A stretch of DNA of 64,000 nt, taken from assembly GCA_965223415.1 (NCBI GenBank), contig OZ245002.1, positions 1,760,001-1,824,000 of the forward strand. Reading direction: 5' to 3'. Below, piece by piece: positions 8,246 through 16,951 of the stretch. A program made the translations under genes and the position numbers. How positions within the stretch are numbered: position 1 is the first letter of the stretch; each line of letters starts with the position of its first letter. The notes under the pieces were generated by a model. The model was given only the letters and a program-made list of their open reading frames with translations. It ran no database searches and had not been told where the DNA came from. This DNA is from Myxococcota bacterium (GTDB lineage: Bacteria > Myxococcota_A > UBA9160 > UBA6930).

Positions 8246-9246
8246 GGGCCGGCCAGGGTGAGGCCGACGCGACCGGTCACGTGGGGACCGAGCGCGTTGG
8301 TCCCGGTGACGGCCACCGCCACGTCGGCTCCCTCCGCCTCGATGACTTCACCGGTGAAGACCATCCGGTCCCCCGGGTAGTTCGGCGCACCGAGGCGAAT
8401 GCGCAGGCTCGTGAGACGCGCTTCGGGGCCGGCCCAGTCCGTGACGTAACGCCCGACCAGCCCGCTGGTGGTGAGGATGTTCATGAAGATGTCCGGCGAG
8501 CCTCGCTCCCGGGCGAGGTCGCGATCGTGATGGACGTCCTGATAGTCGCGGGACGCGATGGCGCCGGCGACGATTAGGGTCGTCGTGACATCGACGGAGC
8601 AGGGCGGCAGGGCCGTCCCCGGGGTCACGTCGGCCGGGACGAGATCGGTCTCCCGCCGCGGCGGACGCGGAACCGCGCCCGGCGGCGGCGGGCGCTCCGG
8701 TCCACCCCCGCCCTTCGGCGCGCGTCCGGTTCCCGGCTCGAACTTGAGGACGCGGAAGCGCATGCGCCCGACCTCCTCGCCGTCCTGGGTGCGGTAGCGA
8801 CTCACCCAGGTGACGAAGTGGCCCCGGCCGAGGGCGGTCTGCTTCTCCTCGGACACGCTCTCGGCGGCCTGGGTCGCGTGGAGGAGATCCCCCAGGCGCA
8901 GGTAGCGCAGGTACTCGTGCTCCGAGTCGGTGGCGACCACGGAGGTGAAGCCCGCGGTGTCGAGGGACCGAAGGAGAGCACCGGTGGGCGACGCTGCGGA
9001 AGGACGGGGGACCAGGCCCGGCATGGTCCACGCGTTGAGCATGGCCGGCGGGGCGACCAGCTCGCCGTGGGAGGAGCGGGCCGCCGCCTGCGGATCCGTG
9101 TAGCAGGGGTGCGCGTCCTCCATCGCGTCGCACCAGTGGCGGATCATCGCCGGGTTCACCGGATCGCGGGCGATCTCCTCCGGCCCTTCCTTCCCGATGT
9201 GGCTGCGCAGCTCGTCCGTGAAGCTCACACGGGGGAGAGATAGCAT
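8242..9246 (-). CDS. Fused double MaoC-like hydratase (ChsH2 N-domain-like plus ChsH1-like)
   Basis: N-half ARDPVNPAMIRHW...VAPPAML...VVATDSEHEY...KQTALGRGHF. C-half RDYQDVHHDRDLA..GSPDIFMNILTT.GLV.RYVTDWAGP. Alternative GTG start at 9228. Confidence 0.85.
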   Translation of the reverse strand: MLSLPRVSFTDELRSHIGKEGPEEIARDPVNPAMIRHWCDAMEDAHPCYTDPQAAARSSHGELVAPPAMLNAWTMPGLVPRPSAASPTGALLRSLDTAGFTSVVATDSEHEYLRYLRLGDLLHATQAAESVSEEKQTALGRGHFVTWVSRYRTQDGEEVGRMRFRVLKFEPGTGRAPKGGGGPERPPPPGAVPRPPRRETDLVPADVTPGTALPPCSVDVTTTLIVAGAIASRDYQDVHHDRDLARERGSPDIFMNILTTSGLVGRYVTDWAGPEARLTSLRIRLGAPNYPGDRMVFTGEVIEAEGADVAVAVTGTNALGPHVTGRVGLTLAGP

Positions 9247-9278
9247 GCCGGCATGGCATACCCGCCCGGGAAGGGATC

Positions 9279-10004
9279 GTGAGCGAGGGCGCGGGCGAGG
9301 ACGTCCGCAAGCGCTTCTTTCGGCTGCGCTGGGAGGCGAGCCAGCAGCCGGTGCGGGGCGTGTGGGCCATGCGCCGGCGGCTCGCGGACGCGATGCGCCG
9401 CGTGATCGAGCGCCTGCTCACGAGTGACGCCCCCGAGGCCGAGCTCGGGGCCGCGGCGGAGCGGCTGGAGGAGTATGCGGAGCGCCTGGCGGGCCATCCC
9501 CGCCGCGAGCGTTACCTGGGCTTCGCTGAGACCGCCGTCGCCGACCCGGACGCGGAGATCACGCCGCCCGAAGGCGGCGGTCACTTTGATTTCAGCCCGC
9601 TGATCGGCCGCTCGAACCCGCTGGCGCCGCCCATCGAGATGTCGTCGGACGAGGCCGGCACGGTCCATGGGGTGGCCGTCTTCGGCACCGCCTACGAGGG
9701 CCCGCCGGGCTGCGTCCACGGCGGCTACATCGCGGCCGCCTTCGACGAGGTGCTGGGCTACGCCGAGACCTTCTCCGGCCAGCCCGGCATGACCGGCACC
9801 CTCACCACCCGCTACCGCACCCCGACCCCCCTCCACACCGAGCTCCGCTTCACCGCGAAGCTCGACCGCGTCGAAGGCCGCAAGATCTTCTGCAGCGGCA
9901 CCCTCCACGCCGGCGACCGCCTCTGCGCCGAAGCCAACGCCATCTTCGTCACCAGCCGCCCCGGCACCTACACCCAGCTCCTCGAACAAAGGAAGTTGCG
10001 TTAG
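9279..10004 (+). CDS. PaaI-family hotdog thioesterase
   Basis: SPLIGRSNPLAPP and YEGPPGCVHGGYIAAAFDEVLG. Confidence 0.88.
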   Translation: MSEGAGEDVRKRFFRLRWEASQQPVRGVWAMRRRLADAMRRVIERLLTSDAPEAELGAAAERLEEYAERLAGHPRRERYLGFAETAVADPDAEITPPEGGGHFDFSPLIGRSNPLAPPIEMSSDEAGTVHGVAVFGTAYEGPPGCVHGGYIAAAFDEVLGYAETFSGQPGMTGTLTTRYRTPTPLHTELRFTAKLDRVEGRKIFCSGTLHAGDRLCAEANAIFVTSRPGTYTQLLEQRKLR

Positions 10005-10065
10005 GGGCCGGTTCTGTTCGTTGCATTGCGTGTTGCATTAGGGGCCGGGTCCGTTTGTTGCGTTA
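9995..10065. repeat. Two direct half-units of REP-like family B
   Basis: gttgcgttaggggccggttctgttcgttgc and gttgcattaggggccgggtccgtttgttgc both match the left arm of the 24317-24393 palindrome. Confidence 0.8.
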
Positions 10066-11553
10066 CCGGAGCTCGCGCTTGAGGATCTTGCCGGTGGGGC
10101 CCTTCGGGAGGGTGTCGATGATCTCGACGATGCGCGGGTACTTGTAGGCGGCGAGGTTCTGCTTGCAGTAGGCGACGAGCTCCTCGGGGGTCGTCTGCTG
10201 CTCCTTGCCCAGGGCGACGACCGCCTTCACCTCCTCACCGTGGCTCTCGTGGGGGACGCCGATCACGGCGGCCTCGACGACGGCCGGATGGGCGTAGAGC
10301 ACCTCCTCGACCTCGCGCGGATAGACGTTGAAGCCGCCTCGCAGGATCATGTCCTTCACCCGGTCGACGATGCGGTAGCTACCGCCGGGATCGCGGATGC
10401 CGATGTCGCCGCTGTGGAACCAGCCGCTGCGCATCGTCTCGGCCGTGGCCTCGGGGCGGTTCCAGTAGCCCTTCATGATGTTGTGGCCGCGGATGCAGAT
10501 CTCGCCGCGCTCCCCGTCCGGCAGGGGCTGGTCCTTGTCGTCGAGGATGGCCATCTCGACGCCCCACACCGGGTAGCCGATCGAGCCGGGCGTGCGCGGC
10601 TTGTCCGGCTGGTTGAAGCTCGCCACGGGCGAGGTCTCCGAGAGCCCGTAGCCCTCGAGGATCTCCACGCCGAATTTCGCCTCGAAGGCCTTCATCACTT
10701 CCACCGGCATGGGCGCGCCGCCGGCCATGCAGTAGCGAAGCGACGAGAGATCGGGCTGGCGCGCCCCCTCGTGGTGGAGGAGCGCGAAGTACATCGTCGG
10801 CACACCGGCGAAGAGCGTGACCTTGTCGCGCTCCATGATCTCCATCGCCTCCTCGGGCGTGAAGCGGGGGAGCAGCGTAAAGGTGCCGCCGGTCGCGATG
10901 GTCGCGTTCTGGATGCAGGTCTGGCCGAAGGAGTGAAAGAGCGGCAGCGTCGCCAGCGCCACGTCGTCCTTGCCGAGGGGCAGCAGCTTCGGCACCACCA
11001 CCGCGCAGTTCACGAACAGGTTCGCGTGGCTGAGCTCGGCGCCCTTCGGCTTGCCGGTCGTGCCCGACGTGTAAAGGATGACCGCCGTGTCGTCGGGGCT
11101 CGTCTCGTGGAACGCCGGGAGCGGCGCCACCGCCGCCATCGCCGGCAGGTCGTCGTCCGCCTCGCCGTCGACCCACGCTACGGGCACGCCGGCGCCGTTG
11201 GCGCCGGTCGCCGCCGGCTCGCCGAACAGCGGATGGGCGATCAAGAGCTGCGCCTCGGAGTCCTCGATGTGGTAGGTCACCTCGGGCGCCGAGAGCAGGA
11301 CGTTCAGGGGCACCACCGCGCAGCCGGCGTAGAGGATCCCGTAGTAGGCGATCGTGAACTCGGGGACGTTCGGGATCATCACCGCCACCTGGGAGCCGGG
11401 GGCGATGCCCCGTTCGCGCAGGCCGGTGGCGACGCCGCGGGCCGCCCGGTCGAGCTCGGCGTAGCTCAGGCTCCGCTCGCCGAGGCGGATGGCGGGATGT
11501 TCCGGGCGGTCCTGGGCGGCCGCCATCAGGATGGATCCGAGATTCAGGCTCAT
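10063..11553 (-). CDS. Long-chain fatty acid--CoA ligase
   Basis: YTSGTTGKPKG, EGYGLSET, SGD and GPTGKILK. Confidence 0.93.
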   Translation of the reverse strand: MSLNLGSILMAAAQDRPEHPAIRLGERSLSYAELDRAARGVATGLRERGIAPGSQVAVMIPNVPEFTIAYYGILYAGCAVVPLNVLLSAPEVTYHIEDSEAQLLIAHPLFGEPAATGANGAGVPVAWVDGEADDDLPAMAAVAPLPAFHETSPDDTAVILYTSGTTGKPKGAELSHANLFVNCAVVVPKLLPLGKDDVALATLPLFHSFGQTCIQNATIATGGTFTLLPRFTPEEAMEIMERDKVTLFAGVPTMYFALLHHEGARQPDLSSLRYCMAGGAPMPVEVMKAFEAKFGVEILEGYGLSETSPVASFNQPDKPRTPGSIGYPVWGVEMAILDDKDQPLPDGERGEICIRGHNIMKGYWNRPEATAETMRSGWFHSGDIGIRDPGGSYRIVDRVKDMILRGGFNVYPREVEEVLYAHPAVVEAAVIGVPHESHGEEVKAVVALGKEQQTTPEELVAYCKQNLAAYKYPRIVEIIDTLPKGPTGKILKRELR

Positions 11554-11609
11554 GGGTTCTCCTCGCTGGACGGCCCACTCTACACTGGCGTGCAGAGGGA
11601 GCCCATCGG

Positions 11610-12566
11610 GTGGACGTGGTCGTATTCGGTGCCGGTGCGGTGGGTCTGGGCCTGGCCAGCGCCCTGATCGAAGCGGGGGCGACGGTGACGATCGTCGCCC
11701 GTCCGTCCGTCGCCGAGGCCCTCGCGAGCCGCGGCCTGCTCCGGAGCGGGCTCTTCGGGAGCACCCGGCACGCCCCGGCGTCGTTCCGGATCGCGACGGA
11801 GGCCGAGGAGCTCTCGCGAGCCCCGGACTTCGTGCTCGTGGCCACCAAGTCCTTCGACAGCGCCGCGGCGGCCGAGCGCCTGGCCGGTGCAGACACGGTG
11901 GGACCGGACACGTGCATCGTCCTGTGCCAGAACGGCTGGGGCAATGCCGGGCACTTCACCGCCCGGTTCCGCGAGCCGCAGGTGTGGAACGCGCGCGTCA
12001 TCACGGGGTTCCGCAAGCCGGAGCCCCACCACGTCGAGATCACCGTGCACGCCGAGCCGGTGCACGTCGGCAGCCTGTTCGGCGAGCCTGCAAGGCGCGT
12101 CGCGCCGCTGTGTGCAGGCATCGCTCGCGGAGGCCTGCCCTGCGAGGCGACCGACGCGATCGCGGAGGACCTGTGGGCGAAGCTGCTCTACAACGGCCTG
12201 CTCAACCCGCTCGGCGCGATCTTCGACGTGCCCTACGGCGCGCTCGGCGAGAGCGAGGCCTCCCGCGGCCTCCTCACCGAGCTCGCCCACGAGATCTTCG
12301 GCGTGATGCGGGCGGCGGGCTTCGCGACCCACTGGCCGGACGCAGACACCTACCTCTCCCATTTCTACTCCGTCCTGCTGCCGCCGACCGCTGCTCACGA
12401 GTCGTCCACGCTCCAGGACCTGCGAGCCGGCAAGCGCACCGAGATCGATGCGCTCACCGGCGCCGTGGTCCGGCTGGGCGAGGAGCACGGGGCGCCGGTT
12501 CCCATGAACCGCGCGCTCCTCGCCATGGTGCGCTTCATCGAGGATCAGCGCCGGCTCCGTCGTTAG
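11610..12566 (+). CDS. panE: 2-dehydropantoate 2-reductase
   Basis: FGAGAVG, ATKSFD, CQNGWG, WAKLLYN and SSTLQDLRAGKRTEIDAL. Confidence 0.85.
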   Translation: MDVVVFGAGAVGLGLASALIEAGATVTIVARPSVAEALASRGLLRSGLFGSTRHAPASFRIATEAEELSRAPDFVLVATKSFDSAAAAERLAGADTVGPDTCIVLCQNGWGNAGHFTARFREPQVWNARVITGFRKPEPHHVEITVHAEPVHVGSLFGEPARRVAPLCAGIARGGLPCEATDAIAEDLWAKLLYNGLLNPLGAIFDVPYGALGESEASRGLLTELAHEIFGVMRAAGFATHWPDADTYLSHFYSVLLPPTAAHESSTLQDLRAGKRTEIDALTGAVVRLGEEHGAPVPMNRALLAMVRFIEDQRRLRR

Positions 12567-13269
12567 GCGCGTCCGCGTCCGACGCCGGGTCGGCGGCGGA
12601 CCCGGCCACCTCATAGCGCCGCAGCGCTTCCTCGGCGAGGGCCGCCTGCTCTTCCTCGTCCTCTTCCAAGGTGGGGAGGTCGATGCAGCCCTGGGCAACG
12701 CGGGTGCGGCCGACGGCCACCTCCCGCTCCTCCTCGAGCTTCTCCTGCACGCGCTCGAGGGTGCCCTCGCACACGCCGATGCCGCCCTGCATCGAGGCCG
12801 CCATCTCGGAGAGCTCGGCCTGGGCGCGCTGGATCTTCACGGTGCTGATCGTGCGCTTCAGGCCCTCGAGCTTCGCCCGCGCCGCGTCGACCGATGCGTC
12901 CCGGCTCTTCACCAGGTTGCGATAGGTCTCCTCCGCCTGCTCGAGCTGGCCCAGGAGCTCCTCGCGCTCCTGTCCCACGGTCTCGAGCCGCAACGCCAGC
13001 TCGGCCGCGCGCTCGCGCTTGCCCGCCTCGAGGAAGCGGTCGATGCGCGTGCGCAGCGTCACCGCCTCCTTGCCGAGCATCTCGCGCCGCGCCCGGAGGC
13101 GCTCGCACAGGCCGGCGTGGCCCGCCAGGTTCCGGTTGTACTGGGCGATCTGGACGCGGAGCTGCTCGCGCTCGTAGTCGAGCACCGCCTCCGGATGCTG
13201 GGCCTCCAGCTCGGTCACCGCGTGACCGCTGATCGCCGCGAACAGTCGTCGGATACGCACCCGCAGCAT
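12535..13269 (-). CDS. PspA/IM30-family (ESCRT-III-like) coiled-coil protein
   Basis: 244 aa, all-helical, N-terminal RIRRLFAAISG...HPEAVL. The 3' end overlaps panE by 32 nt. Confidence 0.75.
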   Translation of the reverse strand: MLRVRIRRLFAAISGHAVTELEAQHPEAVLDYEREQLRVQIAQYNRNLAGHAGLCERLRARREMLGKEAVTLRTRIDRFLEAGKRERAAELALRLETVGQEREELLGQLEQAEETYRNLVKSRDASVDAARAKLEGLKRTISTVKIQRAQAELSEMAASMQGGIGVCEGTLERVQEKLEEEREVAVGRTRVAQGCIDLPTLEEDEEEQAALAEEALRRYEVAGSAADPASDADAPNDGAGADPR

Positions 13270-13550
13270 CAGGCCGCCTCCTCACCGTACTCGCGGAGCA
13301 TGCGCTCGGCCCGGGCCTCGTTGATCTTGTTCATCACCTTCTCGCGCTCGTGCTGGTCGCGCAGGGTCTTCGCCAGCGTGAAGCACGAGGACACGGTGAA
13401 GTAGAGGCCGACGCCGAGGTAGCCCTTCACCCAGACGTCCACCGGCAGGTAGAGCACGCCGACGGTGGTGAGCGAGAGGGCCAGGCCGAACGCCACCCAC
13501 ACCTGCATGCGCCAGGCCTGGGTGTCGAGGTCCATCATCTTGCGGTCCAT
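13269..13550 (-). CDS. YiaA/YiaB-like two-helix membrane protein
   Basis: QVWVAFGLAL...YLPVDVWVKGYLGVGLYFTVSSCFTLAKTLRDQHE. AAGGAG RBS. Stop overlaps the pspA-like ATG. Confidence 0.85.
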   Translation of the reverse strand: MDRKMMDLDTQAWRMQVWVAFGLALSLTTVGVLYLPVDVWVKGYLGVGLYFTVSSCFTLAKTLRDQHEREKVMNKINEARAERMLREYGEEAA

Positions 13551-13585
13551 GGGAATCTCCTTTCGGGGGGTTGCCCGGCTCCCAG

Positions 13586-13601
13586 TGCAGCCGCCGTGCC
13601 A
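13586..13601 (-). promoter_or_regulatory. Sigma-54 -24/-12 promoter for yiaAB-pspA
   Basis: Minus strand TGGCACGGCGGCTGCA (GG-N10-GC). Confidence 0.7.
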
Positions 13602-13643
13602 GCCGTCTGCACGCCGCTCCGGCCGTCTCGCGCCGGGCTGCGG

Positions 13644-13678
13644 GCAGGTGATGAACGCCTGCGTACAACGGATGTACG
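13644..13678. promoter_or_regulatory. Two inverted repeats, candidate enhancer-binding-protein sites
   Basis: GCAGGTG-N5-CGCCTGC (13644-13662) and CGTACA-N5-TGTACG (13662-13678). Confidence 0.45.
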
Positions 13679-13718
13679 AGCCGCGGGCGGGGGAGCGCAC
13701 GAGAGGGCGCCGGGCGGG

Positions 13719-13734
13719 CGGCACGACCCTTGCT
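13719..13734 (+). promoter_or_regulatory. Sigma-54 -24/-12 promoter for the hydrolase operon
   Basis: CGGCACGACCCTTGCT (GG-N10-GC with TTGC). Confidence 0.7.
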
Positions 13735-13759
13735 CTCGCGGACCAGCGAGGAGAACCCC

Positions 13760-14629
13760 ATGAAACACTCGACCACGAACGTCCGCGTCGTCGGCCAGGA
13801 GATCCCCGTCTGCGAGTGGCGGCCGGAAGGCGCTCCCACCGTCCTCTTCCTGCACGGCTTCGGCCGCCCTCCCGCCCAGTACGCGATGGCGAGCGCCCTC
13901 GCCCACCTGCACGGCTTCCGCGTGCTCGCACCCTTCCTGTACCCGAACAACGAGCTGGCGGAGCCGCCGCGGAGCTTCCGCGCTTGCGTCGCCCTCACCC
14001 GGGCGGTGGTGCGGGCCCTCGAGCACGAGGGGGAGCTGCTTCCGGGCTACACCGTCGTGGGTCACTCGACCGGTGGCGGCGTGGCCCAGTGCCTGGCGGA
14101 CCTGCAGCCCCGCCCGGGCGCGATCCTCGCCCTGAACCCGGTGATGCCGGTGCCCTACGGCCCCATGGGCTTCGTCGCCCGCGGCGCGCTCATCACCGCC
14201 AACCAGCTGATCGGGCGCAGCGGCCCCGCCCGCCGGGGCTGGGCACTGACCCTGCGCCACGGTGCCTCCATGCTCGCGAACCTGGCGCGCAACCCCGGCG
14301 CCAGCTGGGCGCTGATCTCGAGCCTCGCGGAGCTGCAGCTCCAGGAGTACCGGCTCCTCTACGACGCGTCGGGGAGCCGGGGGTCCCGCTTCCGCGTGCC
14401 GACCGCCGTGTTCCAGAGCGCAGGGGACGAGTTCTTCCGCCTTCCGGACGACCTGCGCGCCTGGATGGGCCTGTGCTTCGCCCACTTCGAGCTGCGGCAG
14501 CTGCGCGACGTGCGGGGCCACGAATGGCCGCTGATGCACCCGGAGCTGGCCGCCCAGAAGGTCGCCGCCTGGATCGTCGCCCGGGCCCGACCGCGTGGCA
14601 CCGATGCGATCCTCCGACTGACTGCGTAA
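13760..14629 (+). CDS. Alpha/beta-fold hydrolase
   Basis: LFLHGFG, GHSTGG nucleophile elbow, GDEFF and GHEWPL. GAGGAG RBS. Confidence 0.8.
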   Translation: MKHSTTNVRVVGQEIPVCEWRPEGAPTVLFLHGFGRPPAQYAMASALAHLHGFRVLAPFLYPNNELAEPPRSFRACVALTRAVVRALEHEGELLPGYTVVGHSTGGGVAQCLADLQPRPGAILALNPVMPVPYGPMGFVARGALITANQLIGRSGPARRGWALTLRHGASMLANLARNPGASWALISSLAELQLQEYRLLYDASGSRGSRFRVPTAVFQSAGDEFFRLPDDLRAWMGLCFAHFELRQLRDVRGHEWPLMHPELAAQKVAAWIVARARPRGTDAILRLTA

Positions 14630-14642
14630 CCTCTCGCGCGAC

Positions 14643-15536
14643 ATGGGAGCTTCCACGGCCGGGGACGAGCTCGCGATCTGGCGCGAAGAGCTCCAGCTCC
14701 CGGAACGGTCGCTCTCCCGGCTGCGCCCGCCGTCGCCGATGGCCGACGACGTGATGAAGCTGCGCATCCGCGACGAGCGCGGGCACAGCAGCGGCGTCGC
14801 CCTGTGCTCGTCGCCGGGCTGGCCGGACATGGTGGCCCGCGGCGTGGAGCGTGCCCGGGCGGCCCGCGGCGCCCTGGGCGACGAGCTCGGCGCCGTCGTG
14901 CTCGAGCCGGTGCGGGAGGGCCGCCTCGACGGGCGCTCCTATGCCGTGCTGCCCTACCACGAGCCCCTGCCCGGCGGGCGTCTGGCCTGGGCGTTCCAAC
15001 GACCGCGCTTCCGGACCGCGGTGGCCGATTGGCTGGCCGAGGCGACGGCTCGCACGGCCCGGCTGCCGGAGGGTGCCGAGCTCGAGGCCGGGTTCCGGGC
15101 GCCGCTCCGGGCCCTGTCGGAGCTCGCCGGGGTCTCCGAACGGGTGCGCGCCGCCGCCGGCGAGGCGTTCGCCCGCCTGGAGGGAGGCTGGTCCCCGCGC
15201 CACGTGCTGATGCACGGGGACCTGTGGCCGGGCAACGTGCTTCGCGCCGACAACCGCTTCGGCTTCGTGCTGATCGACTGGGCGGGCAGCCGCACCGACG
15301 GCCACGGCGTGTTCGATCTCCTGCGCTGGGCTGAGGCCACGCGCCTGGGCGCGGCTCCCCTGCGTGCGCGGCTCGAGGTGCACTGCAGCCAGCTCGACTG
15401 CGATGTCGCCGACGCCCGCTCGACGCTGCTCGGCGCCCTCGCCCGGATCGCGAGCAGCCTGGGGGAGTTCCCGCTCGACCAGTTCGCGGCGATGGCGGAG
15501 CGCTGCCTCGACGGGCTGGCGCGGGCCGGCGCCTAG
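14643..15536 (+). CDS. APH/choline-kinase-like phosphotransferase
   Basis: HGDLWPGNVL...LIDW (Brenner motif). Confidence 0.75.
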   Translation: MGASTAGDELAIWREELQLPERSLSRLRPPSPMADDVMKLRIRDERGHSSGVALCSSPGWPDMVARGVERARAARGALGDELGAVVLEPVREGRLDGRSYAVLPYHEPLPGGRLAWAFQRPRFRTAVADWLAEATARTARLPEGAELEAGFRAPLRALSELAGVSERVRAAAGEAFARLEGGWSPRHVLMHGDLWPGNVLRADNRFGFVLIDWAGSRTDGHGVFDLLRWAEATRLGAAPLRARLEVHCSQLDCDVADARSTLLGALARIASSLGEFPLDQFAAMAERCLDGLARAGA

Positions 15537-15704
15537 GAGCCTGACCCGAGACCGGGTGCGCTGGGCCTCGAGGCGCCGCGCCCAGTCGGCCCGCCTGGGC
15601 GCGCGACCGAGGCGTAGCGGTGTCTACGGCGATGGCAGCGCAACGCAGTCGGCGCGGATGCATCGGCGTCCAGACCGTGCGCCCGGTCTCGGGTCAGGCT
15701 CCTA
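15534..15704. mobile_element. MITE (non-autonomous), flanked by TA
   Basis: TAGGAGCCTGACCCGAGACCGGG...CCCGGTCTCGGGTCAGGCTCCTA forms a 23-bp perfect inverted repeat including the TA. No credible internal ORF. Confidence 0.8.
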
Positions 15705-15709
15705 CGCCC

Positions 15710-16942
15710 CTACCTGCGGAAGCGCCGCTCCACGTGGGCGCGGCGCGCGGCGATCTGCTTGCGGCGCGCCTCCGCGTCGAAGACGGGTGTGTCGGGCGGG
15801 AGCAGGCTGCGCACCCCCGCCACGGGCACGACCCGGGCCGCGGGCACCGGGGCGTCCTTCGACCAGATCCAGCGGAAGGGAAGGCGACCGCGGCGCCGGC
15901 CGGCGGTGTCGATCCAGTTCTGGACGCCCGGGTCCCGGGCGGAGACGACGATGCGCACCTTGCCATCCGCGTCGACGTGGGCCTGGGCCCCGTTCAGGCT
16001 GGTCTGCCGGTTCGCGAAATCCGGCGACTCGAACCAGTGATAGGTCACCCACTGGAAGCTCCAGTAGCGGGCGTCGGGCACCGGAGTCTCGATCAGCAGC
16101 GCCTCTTCCGGTGCGAGCTCGAAGGGGATGCCGCCGTAGTAGATGTCCCGGGAGCCGCCCGGGACGTTGCGGGGAGGGATCACCGTGTTCGGGGGCAGCT
16201 CGGCGGAGCCGTTGCGGGAGAACCGGTTCCAGAACGGAAGGGACGTCTCGACCCAGCGCGCCGCCGCGTCGAGGCGCGCGACCATGTCCGCGGGCTCCAG
16301 GTCCTCTGGATGCGTGGGCCCTTCGCTGACACGCTCGATGTGGAACTCGCCCGGCGTGTGTGCCTCCCAGTCGTAGAAGAACTGACGGATGCCGACGTGC
16401 TCTGCGTCGGGCGACAGCTGGATTCCGTCGCCGGGCGCGACCTCCGGCCCCAGCATCAGCTCGAAGTCGCCGTTCGCGTCGATCTCGAGCTCGCGCCGAT
16501 CGAGATCGCCGACGACACCGGTCTTCCCCTGGTGCATGTGTCCGTTGCGCGCGGAGATGATGAGATCGTGCAGCCCGGCCACGTTGCCGCTCAGCCGGTA
16601 GGTGGCGTCGCCACGGATGCGGGCCTGCATGTAGGTGTTGTCGACGTTGGGCCCGCCCCACTTGGTAACGTCGTCGTTGTTCCGGTAGAAGGCGGGGAAG
16701 TCCGGATCCGCGAAGTCCACCTCCCACTGCAACGCCATGCCGACGGTGCGCGCCAGGTGCCGGAACCCCTCCGCCCGCTCCTCGGGCGTGCCCGGATACT
16801 CCTCGGAGAGGAGCGACTGCCCGACCGCCTTCATGCGATCGCAGAAGTCGGCCCACGCGGCGGCGGGATCGGGCTCGGCGGCGATCGACCCCGCCGGCTG
16901 GAGGAGGAGGAGAAGCGAGAGAAGGGGGATGCGTAGACGCAT
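15710..16942 (-). CDS. DUF1214-like protein with signal peptide
   Basis: AWADFCD, AEGFRHL, KWGGPNVDNTY, ARYWSFQ and DPGVQNWIDTAG. Hydrophobic N-terminus. Confidence 0.75.
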   Translation of the reverse strand: MRLRIPLLSLLLLLQPAGSIAAEPDPAAAWADFCDRMKAVGQSLLSEEYPGTPEERAEGFRHLARTVGMALQWEVDFADPDFPAFYRNNDDVTKWGGPNVDNTYMQARIRGDATYRLSGNVAGLHDLIISARNGHMHQGKTGVVGDLDRRELEIDANGDFELMLGPEVAPGDGIQLSPDAEHVGIRQFFYDWEAHTPGEFHIERVSEGPTHPEDLEPADMVARLDAAARWVETSLPFWNRFSRNGSAELPPNTVIPPRNVPGGSRDIYYGGIPFELAPEEALLIETPVPDARYWSFQWVTYHWFESPDFANRQTSLNGAQAHVDADGKVRIVVSARDPGVQNWIDTAGRRRGRLPFRWIWSKDAPVPAARVVPVAGVRSLLPPDTPVFDAEARRKQIAARRAHVERRFRR

Positions 16943-16951
16943 CCGCGCACG

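Noticed and set aside
9995..10065. CRISPR array
   Set aside because: Only two adjacent degenerate units, with no spacers and no cas genes.
14643..15536. Aminoglycoside resistance gene
   Set aside because: Only the generic APH/choline-kinase motif is visible, so the substrate cannot be inferred.
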